Notes under the pieces: generated by a model
What the model saw: the letters and a program-made list of their open reading frames with translations, nothing else
What the model was told of the DNA's origin: nothing
Database searches by the model: none
Position numbers and translations under genes: made by a program
From: Macrostomum lignano
Taxonomy: Eukaryota
DNA length: 64,000 nucleotides
Reading direction: 5' to 3'
Assembly (NCBI GenBank): GCA_002269645.1
Contig: NIVC01001326.1
Coordinates: 105,792 to 169,791, forward strand
Shown here: piece after piece, positions 46,655 to 59,171 of the stretch
How the letters are laid out: every line of letters starts with the position of its first letter
How positions within the stretch are numbered: position 1 is the first letter of the stretch

Positions 46655-49600
46655 CCTAAATCAGTCTGCAGATTCCTGACTAAATCAGTCTGCAGATTCC
46701 TGACTAGATCAGCCTGCAGATTCCTGACTAGATCAGTCTGCAGATTCCTGACTAGATCAGTCTGCAGATTCCTGACTAGATCAGTCTGCAGATTCCTGAC
46801 TAGATCAGCCTGCAGATTCCTGACTAGATCAGTCTGCAGATTCCTGACTAGATCAGCCTGCAGATTCCTGACTAGATCAGCCTGCAGATTCCTGACTAGA
46901 TCAGCCTGCAGATTCCTGACTAGATCAGTCTGCAGATTCCTGACTAGATCAGTCTGCAGATTCCTGACTAGATCAGTCTGCAGATTCCTGACTAGATCAG
47001 CCTGCAAATTCCTGACTAGATCAGCCTGCAGATTCCTGACTAGATCAGCCTGCAGATTCCTGACTAGATGAGCCTGCAGATTCCTGACTAGATCAGCCTG
47101 CAGATTCCTGACTAGATCAGCCTGCAGATTCCTGACTAGATCAGTCTGCAGATTCCTGACTAGATCAGCCTGCAGATTCCTGACTAGATCAGCCTGCAGA
47201 TTCCTGACTAGATCAGCCTGCAGATTCCTGACTAGATCAGCCTGCAGATTCCTGACTAGATCAGTCTGCAGATTCCTGACTAGATCAGCCTGCAGATTCC
47301 TGACTAGATCAGTCTGCAGATTCCTGACTAGATCAGCCTGCAGATTCCTGACTAGATCAGCCTGCAGATTCCTGACTAGATCAGCCTGCAGATTCCTGAC
47401 TAGATCAGTCTGCAGATTCCTGACTAGATCAGTCTGCAGATTCCTGACTAGATCAGTCTGCAGATTCCTGACTAGATCAGTCTGCAGATTCCTGACTAGA
47501 TCAGCCTGCAGATTCCTGACTAGATCAGTCTGCAGATTCCTGACTAGATCAGTCTGCAGATTCCTGACTAGATCAGCCTGCAGATTCCTGACTAGATCAG
47601 TCTGCAGATTCCTGACTAGATCAGCCTGCAGATTCCTGACTAGATCAGCCTGCAGATTCCTGACTAGATCAGCCTGCAGATTCCTGACTAGATCAGCCTG
47701 CAGATTCCTGACTAGATCAGTCTGCAGATTCCTGACTAGATCAGCCTGCAGATTCCTGACTAGATCAGCCTGCAGATTCCTGACTAGATCAGTCTGCAGA
47801 TTCCTGACTAGATCAGCCTGCAGATTCCTGACTAGATCAGTCTGCAGATTCCTGACTAGATCAGCCTGCAGATTCCTGACTAGATCAGTCTGCAGATTCC
47901 TGACTAGATCAGCCTGCAATTCCTGACTAGATCAGCCTGCAGATTCCTGACTAGATCAGTCTGCAGATTCCTGACTAGATCAGTCTGCAGATTCCTGACT
48001 AGATCAGCCTGCAGATTCCTGACTAGATCAGCCTGCAGATTCCTGACTAGATCAGCCTGCAGATTCCTGACTAGATCAGTCTGCAGATTCCTGACTAGAT
48101 CAGTCTGCAGATTCCTGACTAGATCAGTCTGCAGATTCCTGACTAGATCAGTCTGCAGATTCCTGACTAGATCAGCCTGCAGATTCCTGACTAGATCAGC
48201 CTGCAGATTCCTGACTAGATCAGTCTGCAGATTCCTGACTAGATCAGTCTGCAGATTCCTGACTAGATCAGCCTGCAGATTCCTGACTAGATCAGTCTGC
48301 AGATTCCTGACTAGATCAGCCTGCAGATTCCTGACTAGATCAGCCTGCAGATTCCTGACTAGATCAGTCTGCAGATTCCTGACTAGATCAGCCTGCAGAT
48401 TACTGACTAGATCAGCCTGCAGATTCCTGACTAGATCAGCCTGCAGATTCCTGACTAGATCAGTCTGCAGATTCCTGACTAGATCAGTCTGCAGATTCCT
48501 GACTAGATCAGTCTGCAGATTCCTGACTAGATCAGCCTGCAGATTCCTGACTAGATCAGCCTGCAGATTCCTGACTAGATCAGCCTGCAGATTCTGACTA
48601 GATCAGCCTGCAGATTCCTGACTAGATCAGCCTGCAGATTCCTGACTAGATCAGTCTGCAGATTCCTGACTAGATCAGTCTGCAGATTCCTGACTAGATC
48701 AGTCTGCAGATTCCTGACTAGATCAGCCTGCAGATTCCTGACTAGATCAGCCTGCAGATTCCTGACTAGATCAGCCTGCAGATTACTGACTAGATCAGCC
48801 TGCAGATTCCTGACTAGATCAGTCTGCAGATTCCTGACTAGATCAGCCTGCAGATTCCTGACTAGATCAGTCTGCAGATTCCTGACTAGATCAGCCTGCA
48901 GATTCCTGACTAGATCAGTCTGCAGATTCCTGACTAGATCAGCCTGCAGATTCCTGACTAGATCAGCCTGCAGATTCCTGACTAGATCAGTCTGCAGATT
49001 CCTGACTAGATCAGCCTGCAGATTCCTGACTAGATCAGCCTGCAGATTCCTGACTAGATCAGCCTGCAGATTCCTGACTAGATCAGTCTGCAGATTCCTG
49101 ACTAGATCAGCCTGCAGATTCCTGACTAGATCAGCCTGCAGATTCCTGACTAGATCAGTCTGCAGATTCCTGACTAGATCAGTCTGCAGATTCCTGACTA
49201 GATCAGCCTGCAGATTCCTGACTAGATCAGTCTGCAGATTCCTGACTAGATCAGTCTGCAGATTCCTGACTAGATCAGTCTGCAGATTCCTGACTAGATC
49301 AGCCTGCAGATTCCTGACTAGATCAGTCTGCAGATTCCTGACTAGATCAGTCTGCAGATTCCTGACTAGATCAGCCTGCAGATTCCTGACTAGATCAGCC
49401 TGCAGATTCCTGACTAGATCAGTCTGCAGATTCCTGACTAGATCAGCCTGCAGATTCCTGACTAGATCAGTCTGCAGATTCCTGACTAGATCAGTCTGCA
49501 GATTCCTGACTAGATCAGCCTGCAGATTCCTGACTAGATCAGCCTGCAGATTCCTGACTAGATCAGCCTGCAGATTCCTGACTAGATCAGCCTGCAGATT

Positions 49601-52600
49601 CCTGACTAGATCAGCCTGCAGATTCCTGACTAGATCAGTCTGCAGATTCCTGACTAGATCAGCCTGCAGATTCCTGACTAGATCAGCCTGCAGATTCCTG
49701 ACTAGATCAGCCTGCAGATTCCTGACTAGATCAGCCTGCAGATTCCTGACTAGATCAGTCTGCAGATTCCTGACTAGATCAGCCTGCAGATTCCTGACTA
49801 GATCAGCCTGCAGATTCCTGACTAGATCAGCCTGCAGATTCCTGACTAGATCAGCCTGCAGATTCCTGACTAGATCAGTCTGCAGATTCCTGACTAGATC
49901 AGTCTGCAGATTCCTGACTAGATCAGTCTGCAGATTCCTGACTAGATCAGTCTGCAGATTCCTGACTAGATCAGTCTGCAGATTCCTGACTAGATCAGCC
50001 TGCAGATTCCTGACTAGATCAGTCTGCAGATTCCTGACTAGATCAGTCTGCAGATTCCTGACTAGATCAGCCTGCAGATTCTGACTAGATCAGTCTGCAG
50101 ATTCCTGACTAGATCAGTCTGCAGATTCCTGACTAGATCAGCCTGCAGATTCCTGACTAGATCAGCCTGCAGATTCCTGACTAGATCAGCCTGCAGATTC
50201 CTGACTAGATCAGCCTGCAGATTCCTGACTAGATCAGTCTGCAGATTCCTGACTAGATCAGTCTGCAGATTCCTGACTAGATCAGCTGCAGATTCCTGAC
50301 TAGATCAGCCTGCAGATTCCTGACTAGATCAGCCTGCAGATTCCTGACTAGATCAGCCTGCAGATTCCTGACTAGATCAGCCTGCAGATTCCTGACTAGA
50401 TCAGCCTGCAGATTCCTGACTAGATCAGCCTGCAGATTCCTGACTAGATCAGCCTGCAGATTCCTGACTAGATCAGCCTGCAGATTCCTGACTAGATCAG
50501 CTGCAGATTCCTGACTAGATCAGCCTGCAGATTCCTGACTAGATCAGCCTGCAGATTCCTGACTAGATCAGTCTGCAGATTCCTGACTAGATCAGTCTGC
50601 AGATTCCTGACTAGATCAGTCTGCAGATTCCTGACTAGATCAGCTGCAGATTCCTGACTAGATCAGCCTGCAGATTCCTGACTAGATCAGTCTGCAGATT
50701 CCTGACTAGATCAGTCTGCAGATTCCTGACTAGATCAGTCTGCAGATTCCTGACTAGATCAGCCTGCAGATTCCTGACTAGATCAGCCTGCAGATTCCTG
50801 ACTAGATCAGCCTGCAGATTCCTGACTAGATCAGCCTGCAGATTCCTGACTAGATCAGCCTGCAGATTCCTGACTAGATCAGCCTGCAGATTCCTGACTA
50901 GATCAGCCTGCAGATTCCTGACTAGATCAGCCTGCAGATTCCTGACTAGATCAGCCTGCAGATTCCTGACTAGATCAGCCTGCAGATTCCTGACTAGATC
51001 AGCCTGCAGATTCCTGACTAGATCAGTCTGCAGATTCCTGACTAGATCAGTCTGCAGATTCCTGACTAGATCAGCCTGCAGATTCCTGACTAGATCAGCC
51101 TGCAGATTCCTGACTAGATCAGCCTGCAGATTCCTGACTAGATCAGTCTGCAGATTCCTGACTAGATCAGCCTGCAGATTCCTGACTAGATCAGTCTGCA
51201 GATTCCTGACTAGATCAGTCTGCAGATTCCTGACTAGATCAGCCTGCAGATTCCTGACTAGATCAGCCTGCAGATTCCTGACTAGATCAGCCTGCAGATT
51301 CCTGACTAGATCAGCCTGCAGATTCCTGACTAGATCAGCCTGCAGATTCCTGACTAGATCAGCCTGCAGATTCCTGACTAGATCAGCCTGCAGATTCCTG
51401 ACTAGATCAGCCTGCAGATTCCTGACTAGATCAGCCTGCAGATTCCTGACTAGATCAGCCTGCAGATTCCTGACTAGATCAGCCTGCAGATTCCTGACTA
51501 GATCAGCCTGCAGATTCCTGACTAGATCAGCCTGCAGATTCCTGACTAGATCAGCCTGCAGATTCCTGACTAGATCAGCCTGCAGATTCCTGACTAGATC
51601 AGCCTGCAGATTCCTGACTAGATCAGTCCTGCAGATTCCTGACTAGATCAGCTGCAGATGCAGATTCCTGACTAGATCAGCTGCAGATTCCTGACTAGAT
51701 CAGTCTGCAGATTCCTGACTAGATCAGTCTGCAGATTCCTGACTAGATCAGCCTGCAGATTCCTGACTAGATCAGCCTGCAGATTCCTGACTAGATCAGC
51801 CTGCAGATTCCTGACTAGATCAGCCTGCAGATTCCTGACTAGATCAGCCTGCAGATTCCTGACTAGATCAGCCTGCAGATTCCTGACTAGATCAGCCTGC
51901 AGATTCCTGACTAGATCAGCCTGCAGATTCCTGACTAGATCAGCCTGCAGATTCCTGACTAGATCAGCCTGCAGATTCCTGACTAGATCAGCCTGCAGAT
52001 TCCTGACTAGATCAGCCTGCAGATTCCTGACTAGATCAGCCTGCAGATTCCTGACTAGATCAGTCTGCAGATTCCTGACTAGATCAGCCTGCAGATTCCT
52101 GACTAGATCAGCCTGCAGATTCCTGACTAGATCAGCCTGCAGATTCCTGACTAGATCAGCCTGCAGATTCCTGACTAGATCAGCCTGCAGATTCCTGACT
52201 AGATCAGCTGCAGATTCCTGACTAGATCAGCCTGCAGATTCCTGACTAGATCAGCCTGCAGATTCCTGACTAGATCAGCCTGCAGATTCCTGACTAGATC
52301 AGCCTGCAGATTCCTGACTAGATCAGCCTGCAGATTCCTGACTAGATCAGCCTGCAGATTCCTGACTAGATCAGCCTGCAGATTCCTGACTAGATCAGCC
52401 TGCAGATTCCTGACTAGATCAGTCTGCAGATTCCTGACTAGATCAGTCTGCAGATTCCTGACTAGATCAGTCTGCAGATTCCTGACTAGATCAGCCTGCA
52501 GATTCCTGACTAGATCAGTCTGCAGATTCCTGACTAGATCAGTCTGCAGATTCCTGACTAGATCAGCCTGCAGATTCCTGACTAGATCAGCCTGCAGATT

Positions 52601-52637
52601 CCTGACTAGATCAGTCTGCAGATTCCTGACTAGATCA
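46655..52637. repeat. 24-bp satellite TAGATCAG(C/T)CTGCAGATTCCTGAC, ~250 copies (~6 kb)
   Basis: It is near-perfect, with essentially one polymorphic site and rare 1-bp indels. Confidence 0.98.
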
Positions 52638-53009
52638 TCACCAGAGAATTAAGCACAACACAGCAACTCAACCCGAGTCTATGCGCAAGGCCACTATTAT
52701 AAATAAATCTGTCTGATATATTAATTAGGTTTCTATCTGTGAGTGGGTTGGGGCTGGCGGGCCTCGCTTTACTGCCAGAGCATAGCGAATGGATTTGGCC
52801 AGATGGAGGATCGATTCTGGGCCGGCGGGAGGCGGGCCGCAACCCCCTCCCCCAAGTTAATCGATGCTAGTGCATCCTTTTTATCTGTTTGTATCCCCCC
52901 AGCTGGTTCGGTGTGCAGCCAAGGTTTATCTTTATATTATTATTATTGGATTGCGACACTATCACGGCTTTACGGCAGTTAAACTGCTCACATTTCAAAC
53001 TGAGATTGA

Positions 53010-53350
53010 GAGGAATGGATAGAGGTAGATAGTGGATATAGGGACATAGCAATACAGACAGGTAGACAATAGATTGAACAGCTGGAGTGTGGATAGGAGT
53101 AGAGTAGATAGAGGCAAATAGAAAGTGGATAAGAGGCCAATATAGTGGATAGTGTAAGATACAGTGTGGATAGAGGCAGATAGAGGGTGGATAGTGCAAG
53201 ATACAGTGTGGATAGGGGCAGATAAAGTGGATAGAGGTAGATAGAGAGTGGATAGTGCAAGATACAGAGTGGATAGGGGCAGATAAAGTGGATAGAGGTA
53301 GATAGAGAGTGGATAGTGCAAGATACAGAGTGGATAGGAGCAGATAGACA
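53010..53350. repeat. Purine-rich degenerate repeat (GTGGATAGAGG..AGATA)
   Basis: Direct reading. Confidence 0.8.
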
Positions 53351-53647
53351 CGTAGTGTAGCGGATAAGGCTAGATTAAAGTACACTAAAAAAGTAGAAAG
53401 ACATTTCCAATCAACCAGAATTCAGGCTCCTACAACTGACAATTAATAAAAAATGCTGTCAATGAGCGTTCAATAGATTCGAAAACCGATAGCAAAATGC
53501 ATTTATTATTAAAAAATTGCAGTGCAATACCCGAATGCTTTTACATGCATATAGATATAAGGCTTTGAAAAACTGCATTGCACCAAAAACATTACAAATC
53601 ATTGTATTGTGCTGCGATGGCTCAACAATGAATGGTGTAATTCTTAT

Positions 53648-54118
53648 CCGCAGTGACCCACTCTCTGTACCTGGACCCAGAGCAGTGTGACCCACTCTCT
53701 GTACCTGGGCCCAGAGCAGTGTGACCCACTCTCTGTACCTGAGCCCAGAGCAGTGTGACCCACTCTCTGTACCTGGGCCCAGAGCAGTGTGACCCACTCT
53801 CTGTACCTGGGCCCAGAGCAGTGTGACCCGTTCTCTGTACCTGGGCCCAGAGTAGTGTGACCCGCTCTCTGTACCTGGGCCCAGAGTAGTGTGACCCGCT
53901 CTCTGTACCTGGGCCCAGAGCAGTGTGACCCGCTCTCTGTACCTGGGCCCAGAGCAGTGTGACCCGCTCTCTGTACCTGGGCCCAGAGCAGTGTGACCCG
54001 CTCTCTGTACCTGGGCCCAGAGCAGTGTGACCCGCTCTCTGTACCTGGGCCCAGAGCAGTGTGACCCGCTCTCTGTACCTGGGCCCAGAGCAGTGTGACC
54101 CACTCTCTGTACCTGGAC
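53648..54118. repeat. 34-bp array CAGTGTGACCC(A/G)CTCTCTGTACCTGGGCCCAGAG, ~14 copies
   Basis: Direct reading. Confidence 0.95.
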
Positions 54119-54619
54119 ATGAAATTTATCTTCATACCCTAAAAAGGACTTTGTGGATCACACAATAGGTGATGCGTACATTGGTATAAAAATTAATGGT
54201 GATAAGGGATGATTAAATATGCGCAAAAGTGCAAGTGCGAAAGCGTGTTGCAATTTAAATTAGCAGAAAATTAACAATTAGTAAATAAGTAAAGAGCGCG
54301 AGTGCGAAAGTACGAATAAGTTGTTAAACAGTAAGAAAATGATGAAAGCCAATACAGATGAAAGTTTTCTGGAAACAGAGAGCTTAAAAAAATATGCATT
54401 TAAATTACTGACCAACTGGTTATTTGAATATCAGCATAAATACTTATAAACGAATGTCTGGCTAATTAAAACAGTTTAACCAGAGCAATAAATTATGATG
54501 AGCGAAGAAATTATCTGTTAGAAAGTTAAAATTTTATTACTTTCTTTATTGCTGAACAATATCGATCGCATGAATAAAAACTAAAATGAGTTAAAGCCTT
54601 TAACTGGAAGATGCTAATT

Positions 54620-55690
54620 AAAACTGTACGTTAATTAACTAAATAAACCCAAAGCTGCAGAGGTGCTAATTACACCTGAATGCAAATTAACTAAATAAAC
54701 CCAAAGCTGCAGAGGTGCTAATTACACCTGAATGCTAATTAATTAAATAAACCCAAAGCTGCAGAGGTGCTAATTACACCTGAACGCTAATTAACTAAAT
54801 AAACCCAAAGCTGCAAAGGTGCTAATTACACCTGAATGCTAATTAATTAAATAAACCCAAAGCTGCAGAGGTGCTAATTACACCTGAACGCTAATTAACT
54901 AAATAAACCCAAAGCTGCAAAGGTGCTAATTACACCTGAACGCTAATTAACTAAATAAACCCAAAGCTGCAGAGGTGCTAATTACACCTGAATGCTAATT
55001 AACTAAATAAACCCAAAGTGGCAAAGTGGTGCTAATTACACCTGAGCGCTAATTAATTAAATAAACCAAATGCGGCGAAGATGCTAATTACACCTGAACG
55101 CTAATTAACTAAATAAACCCAAAGCTGCAGAGGTGCTAATTACACCTGAATGCTAATCAATTAAATAAACCCAAAGCTGCAGAGGTGCTAATTACACCTG
55201 AGCGCTAATCAATTAAATAAACCCAAAGCTGCAGAGGTGCTAATTACACCTGAGCGCTTATTAATTAAATAAACCCAAAGCGGCAGAGGTGCTAATTACA
55301 CCTGAGCGCTCATTAATTAAATAAACCCAAAGCGGCAGAGGTGCTAATTACACCTGAACGCTAATTAATTAAATAAACCCAAAGCTGCAGAGGTGCTAAT
55401 TACACCTGAACGCTAATTAACTAAATAAACCCAAAGCTGCAGAGGTGCTAATTACACCTGAATGCTAATTAATTAAATAAACCCAAAGCTGCAGAGGTGC
55501 TAATTACACCTGAACGCTAATTAACTAAATAAACCCAAAGCTGCAGAAGTGCTAATTACACCTGAATGCTAATTAATTAAATAAACCCAAAGCTGCAGAG
55601 GTGCTAATTACACCTGAACGCTAATTAATTAAATAAACCCAAAACGGCAAATTAGCAAATGTGCTAATTACAGCTGCGGGATAAGCACAC
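54620..55690. repeat. 52-bp AT-rich array with TAATTA motifs, ~20 copies
   Basis: It lies downstream of the CDC6 stop codon. Confidence 0.95.
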
Positions 55691-55752
55691 TCAAAGCTGA
55701 ATTAGGTCAGGTGTTAATTGCCGCTGTTTTACGCCATACAAAATTAATTTAA

Positions 55753-58700
55753 TTATCGCGCAGGCCCAACATCGGCCAGCAGGCCGGGGTCGGCGACAAG
55801 CTCTTCAACGTCGCGATCGTCCAGACGAAGCGCAACGCGAGACATCCGGGCCTCGGCTGCCTTGGTGAGGCGCAGCACGCCGGTGTCGTGCAACGACTGG
55901 CAGTAGGACGGCAGCTCGTCCCACAGAGGCGGCGGCATCTGGCGAGCCGAGCAGAGCTCGCGCAGACTCGAGTCCAGCTCCGCCAGCGTTGCCTGCGGGC
56001 ATTGCGAGAGTGAATTAAAACAAGGTCATCCCAGGTCAACAAGGAGGTCAGCAGGTTCACTGGCAAAAAAATTCGGCGGTCGCTAGAAAAAATAGGTCAC
56101 TTTAGTTTCTAGGAAAACAGGTTGGTTTGAAATGTAGGAATTCTAGGAAACAGACACACATCCTTGAGCTGACATAAATTTCGCCGCAGAATATCATTTC
56201 TCACCTGTCGTTGACCCCGCCGACGAAGCCGCAGCGCCGCGGCAGCCGTCAGCCGTAGGTGCAACGGGAGTCGCCGTTGCGGCGTGTCCGGGGTGGCCAG
56301 ACTGCTGGAGCCGCCGACCACGGCGGCCAGCGGCGATGCAGTCGCGGCTTTCAAAGCTTCGCCAACGTGTCGCACAGTCGGCGAACCATCGGCCAGTTCA
56401 ACGGATCGGCGGCAGACTTCCAGGAGGCGTCGGGCATCGCCGGTGCTGGCGGCGATTCGGCCAGCTGCCAGTCGGACAGCGTCGGTGGTTTCGGCAGCCA
56501 GCGCGGCCGGGGCCGCGGCGAATCGGGCGGTGACGATGGCGAGCAGGTCGGCTCGGGTGTAGGGCGAGAAACTGAGCTGGCGAAGGCCGGCTGGCCGGGA
56601 CACGGTGGCCGAGGCGGGGAACAGCCGGTCGCACAGGCTCAGCGAGTTGGCCACGCCTAGTACGCGAAGCCGGTTGCCGTCGCCAGCTCCGGCCAGACTG
56701 TCCGGCCAGCGAAAGATTCGCCGAAGATTGGCCAAGTCAATCTGGTCGATTTCGTCCAGCACCAGAGACAGCGACTGCTGCTGCTGCTGCTGCAGGAAGC
56801 GCCTGATGGCCGCCTCCGCCAGCTTCAAAGAGCCGGCGCCGCCATCTCCGCCGCTGTTGGCGGAGCTATTTTTAGCATCAACCAGCTGGGCCAGCTGAGC
56901 AGAGAATGACTTGGCGGATTCGCCAGTCTCCATGCAGTTGTGCAAAATACAGCGGACGGCTTTGACAGATTGCAGCTTGCGAACGGCGGTTTTAACGGCG
57001 GCAGTTTTGCCTGCGGTTTTTTAGCAGAGGAAATCATTGCCAGTGCTATGAAGAGCTTTATTAAACTACAGACCTGCTAGCTTATGATAAGAAATAGCGA
57101 ATCTAGAGTTTTACAATAGGATGTTCCTATAATAGGGATCTTCAATAACGATGTACAGCTTCAGTAAGGATGTACAGCTTCAGTAAGGATGTACAGCTTC
57201 AATAAGGATGTACAGCTTTAATAAGGATGTACAGCTTCAGTAAGGATGCACAGCTTCAGTAAGGATGTACAGCTTCAGTAAGGATGTACAGCTTCAATAA
57301 GGATGTACAGCTTTAATAAGGATGTACAGCTTCAGTAAGGATGTACAGCTTCAATAAGGATGTACAGCTTTAATAAGGATGTACAGCTTCAGTAAGGATG
57401 TACAGCTTCAGTAAGGATGTACAGCTTCAGTAAGGATGTACAGCTTCAGTAAGGATGTACAGCTTCAATAAGGATGTACAGCTTCAGTAAGGATGTACAG
57501 CTTCAGTAAGGATGTACAGCTTCAGTAAGGATGTACAGCTACAATAAGGATGTACAGCTTTAATAAGGACTTCAGGAAGGCCATCTAGACATCAATGGCG
57601 TGTGAAGTATCAAGGATGTCTCACCTGAGCCCGGCGCCCCGCAGACGTACAGCACGCTATGGCTGGCCTTGCCCCTGAGAAAAGTCTCCAGAGTTTCCAG
57701 CTCAGCTTGCCGACCAACCAAACTGACATCGTCCCGCTCAGAGATGGCACTCTGCAGCAGCTGTTTGAGCTCAACAGACTGAGCGCTGGCCCTGAGCAGG
57801 GTAGACTTGCGCAGGTCGCACTCGGCCTCTTCTTCATCACGCTGCGGATGCTGCTTTGCTTTTAACTTATTAGGAGTTGCTCTTGTTGCTGCTGCTGCCG
57901 CTGAAAGAAAGAGAGAGAGAGGGGGGGCATGGCAGGTTTCGATGAGCGGTGGCTACAGACTTGTGAAACTCGAGTCTAAGAGTCTTGCCCTCCAAGCCAA
58001 AGAGCATATTGAATGCTCATTTTTTTAAATACGACTTGTCTGTCCTATGGCGCGCTTTGTGCTAAAGAAAGATTTCTCCTCCTGCCCTGAATATCTTCTT
58101 AAGGTACCAATTGCAGAGGAGACGCCAGCTATAGAGGGGGCGCCAGCTACAGTGGGGGGCCGCCAGCTACAGTGGGGGGCGCCGGCTACAGTGGGGGGGC
58201 GCCAGCTACAGAAAGGGGACGCCAGCTACAGAAAGGGGACGCCAGCTACAGAGAGGAGACGCCAGCTACAGAGAGGAGACGCCAGCTACAGAGAGGAGAC
58301 GCCAGCTACAGAGAGGAGACGCCAGCTACAGAGAGGAGACGCCAGCTACAGAGAGGAGACGCCAGCTACAGAGAGGAGACGCCAGCTACAGAGAGGAGAC
58401 GCCAGCTACAGAGAGGAGACGCCAGCTACAGAGAGGAGACGCCAGCTACAGAGAGGAGACGCCAGCTACAGAGAGGAGACGCCAGCTACAGAGAGGAGAC
58501 GCCAGCTACAGAGAGGAGACGCCAGCTACAGAGAGGAGACGCCAGCTACAGAGAGGAGACGCCAGCTACAGAGAGGAGACGCCAGCTACAGAGGGGGGGG
58601 GCATGCCTGCACACATACTCAGGGGGAAAGCTGCTGCAGACAAGTCAACGCCCCTGCTCCCACTCCAAATAAGCTCACCTTCAACAGTCGCATTTTCCTT

Positions 58701-58913
58701 CTCCAGCTGCTCGTCATCAATTTCAGCTATTGACTTATTCTTGCCCTTCATCGGCTTGCTCTTGGCCTTAGCAACCGACTGTCGCCGCCCAGTCCGCTGT
58801 TGCTTAGCCTTTGTCGGTGTCTCCAATAATTCCTCAGACTGGCCTGGGGCCACCTCCGACAGCGGCTGCTGCTGCTGCTGTTGAAGCACAGACCTTCTTC
58901 TGGTTGTTGGCAT
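55753..58913 (-). CDS. CDC6: Cell division control protein 6 (AAA+ ATPase plus winged helix)
   Basis: Exons are 58913-58679, 57900-57625, 57010-56205 and 55992-55753. Walker A is LYVCGAPGS|GKT, Walker B is LVLDEIDQ, sensor motifs are LGVANSLSLCDR and TGDARRLLEVCRR, and the C-terminus reads LHDTGVLRL..RVALRLD. Confidence 0.93.
57125..57570. repeat. 19-bp array AAGGATGTACAGCTTCAGT, ~23 copies
   Basis: It lies in CDC6 intron 2. Confidence 0.95.
58115..58590. repeat. 20-bp array GACGCCAGCTACAGAGAGGA, ~23 copies
   Basis: It lies in CDC6 intron 1. Confidence 0.95.
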
Positions 58914-59171
58914 AGCGATATTGGTGTCGGATTTATTTTGATTTTAATCAACGTTTCGCATAAATTAAAAATATTTTTGAGAAATAGTAATAAACTTTAC
59001 TAATGCTGTAAAATATTTAATTCGACTACTACTACTAGACAAAATAATAAATAAACAAAATAGACGCAAAATTTCACTTTTCCAACAATAAGCATACTAC
59101 TAATAGTAGGAAAATGCGATTAGGCACACTTTTATTAATTCTATAACAACGGGAGTTCACTTGTTTTATTT

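Noticed and set aside
46573-47919. 448-aa LQADLVRN-repeat ORF as a coiled-coil gene
   Set aside because: It is a stop-free frame of a 24-mer array, broken by indels, and the start codon arises from a 1-bp deletion.
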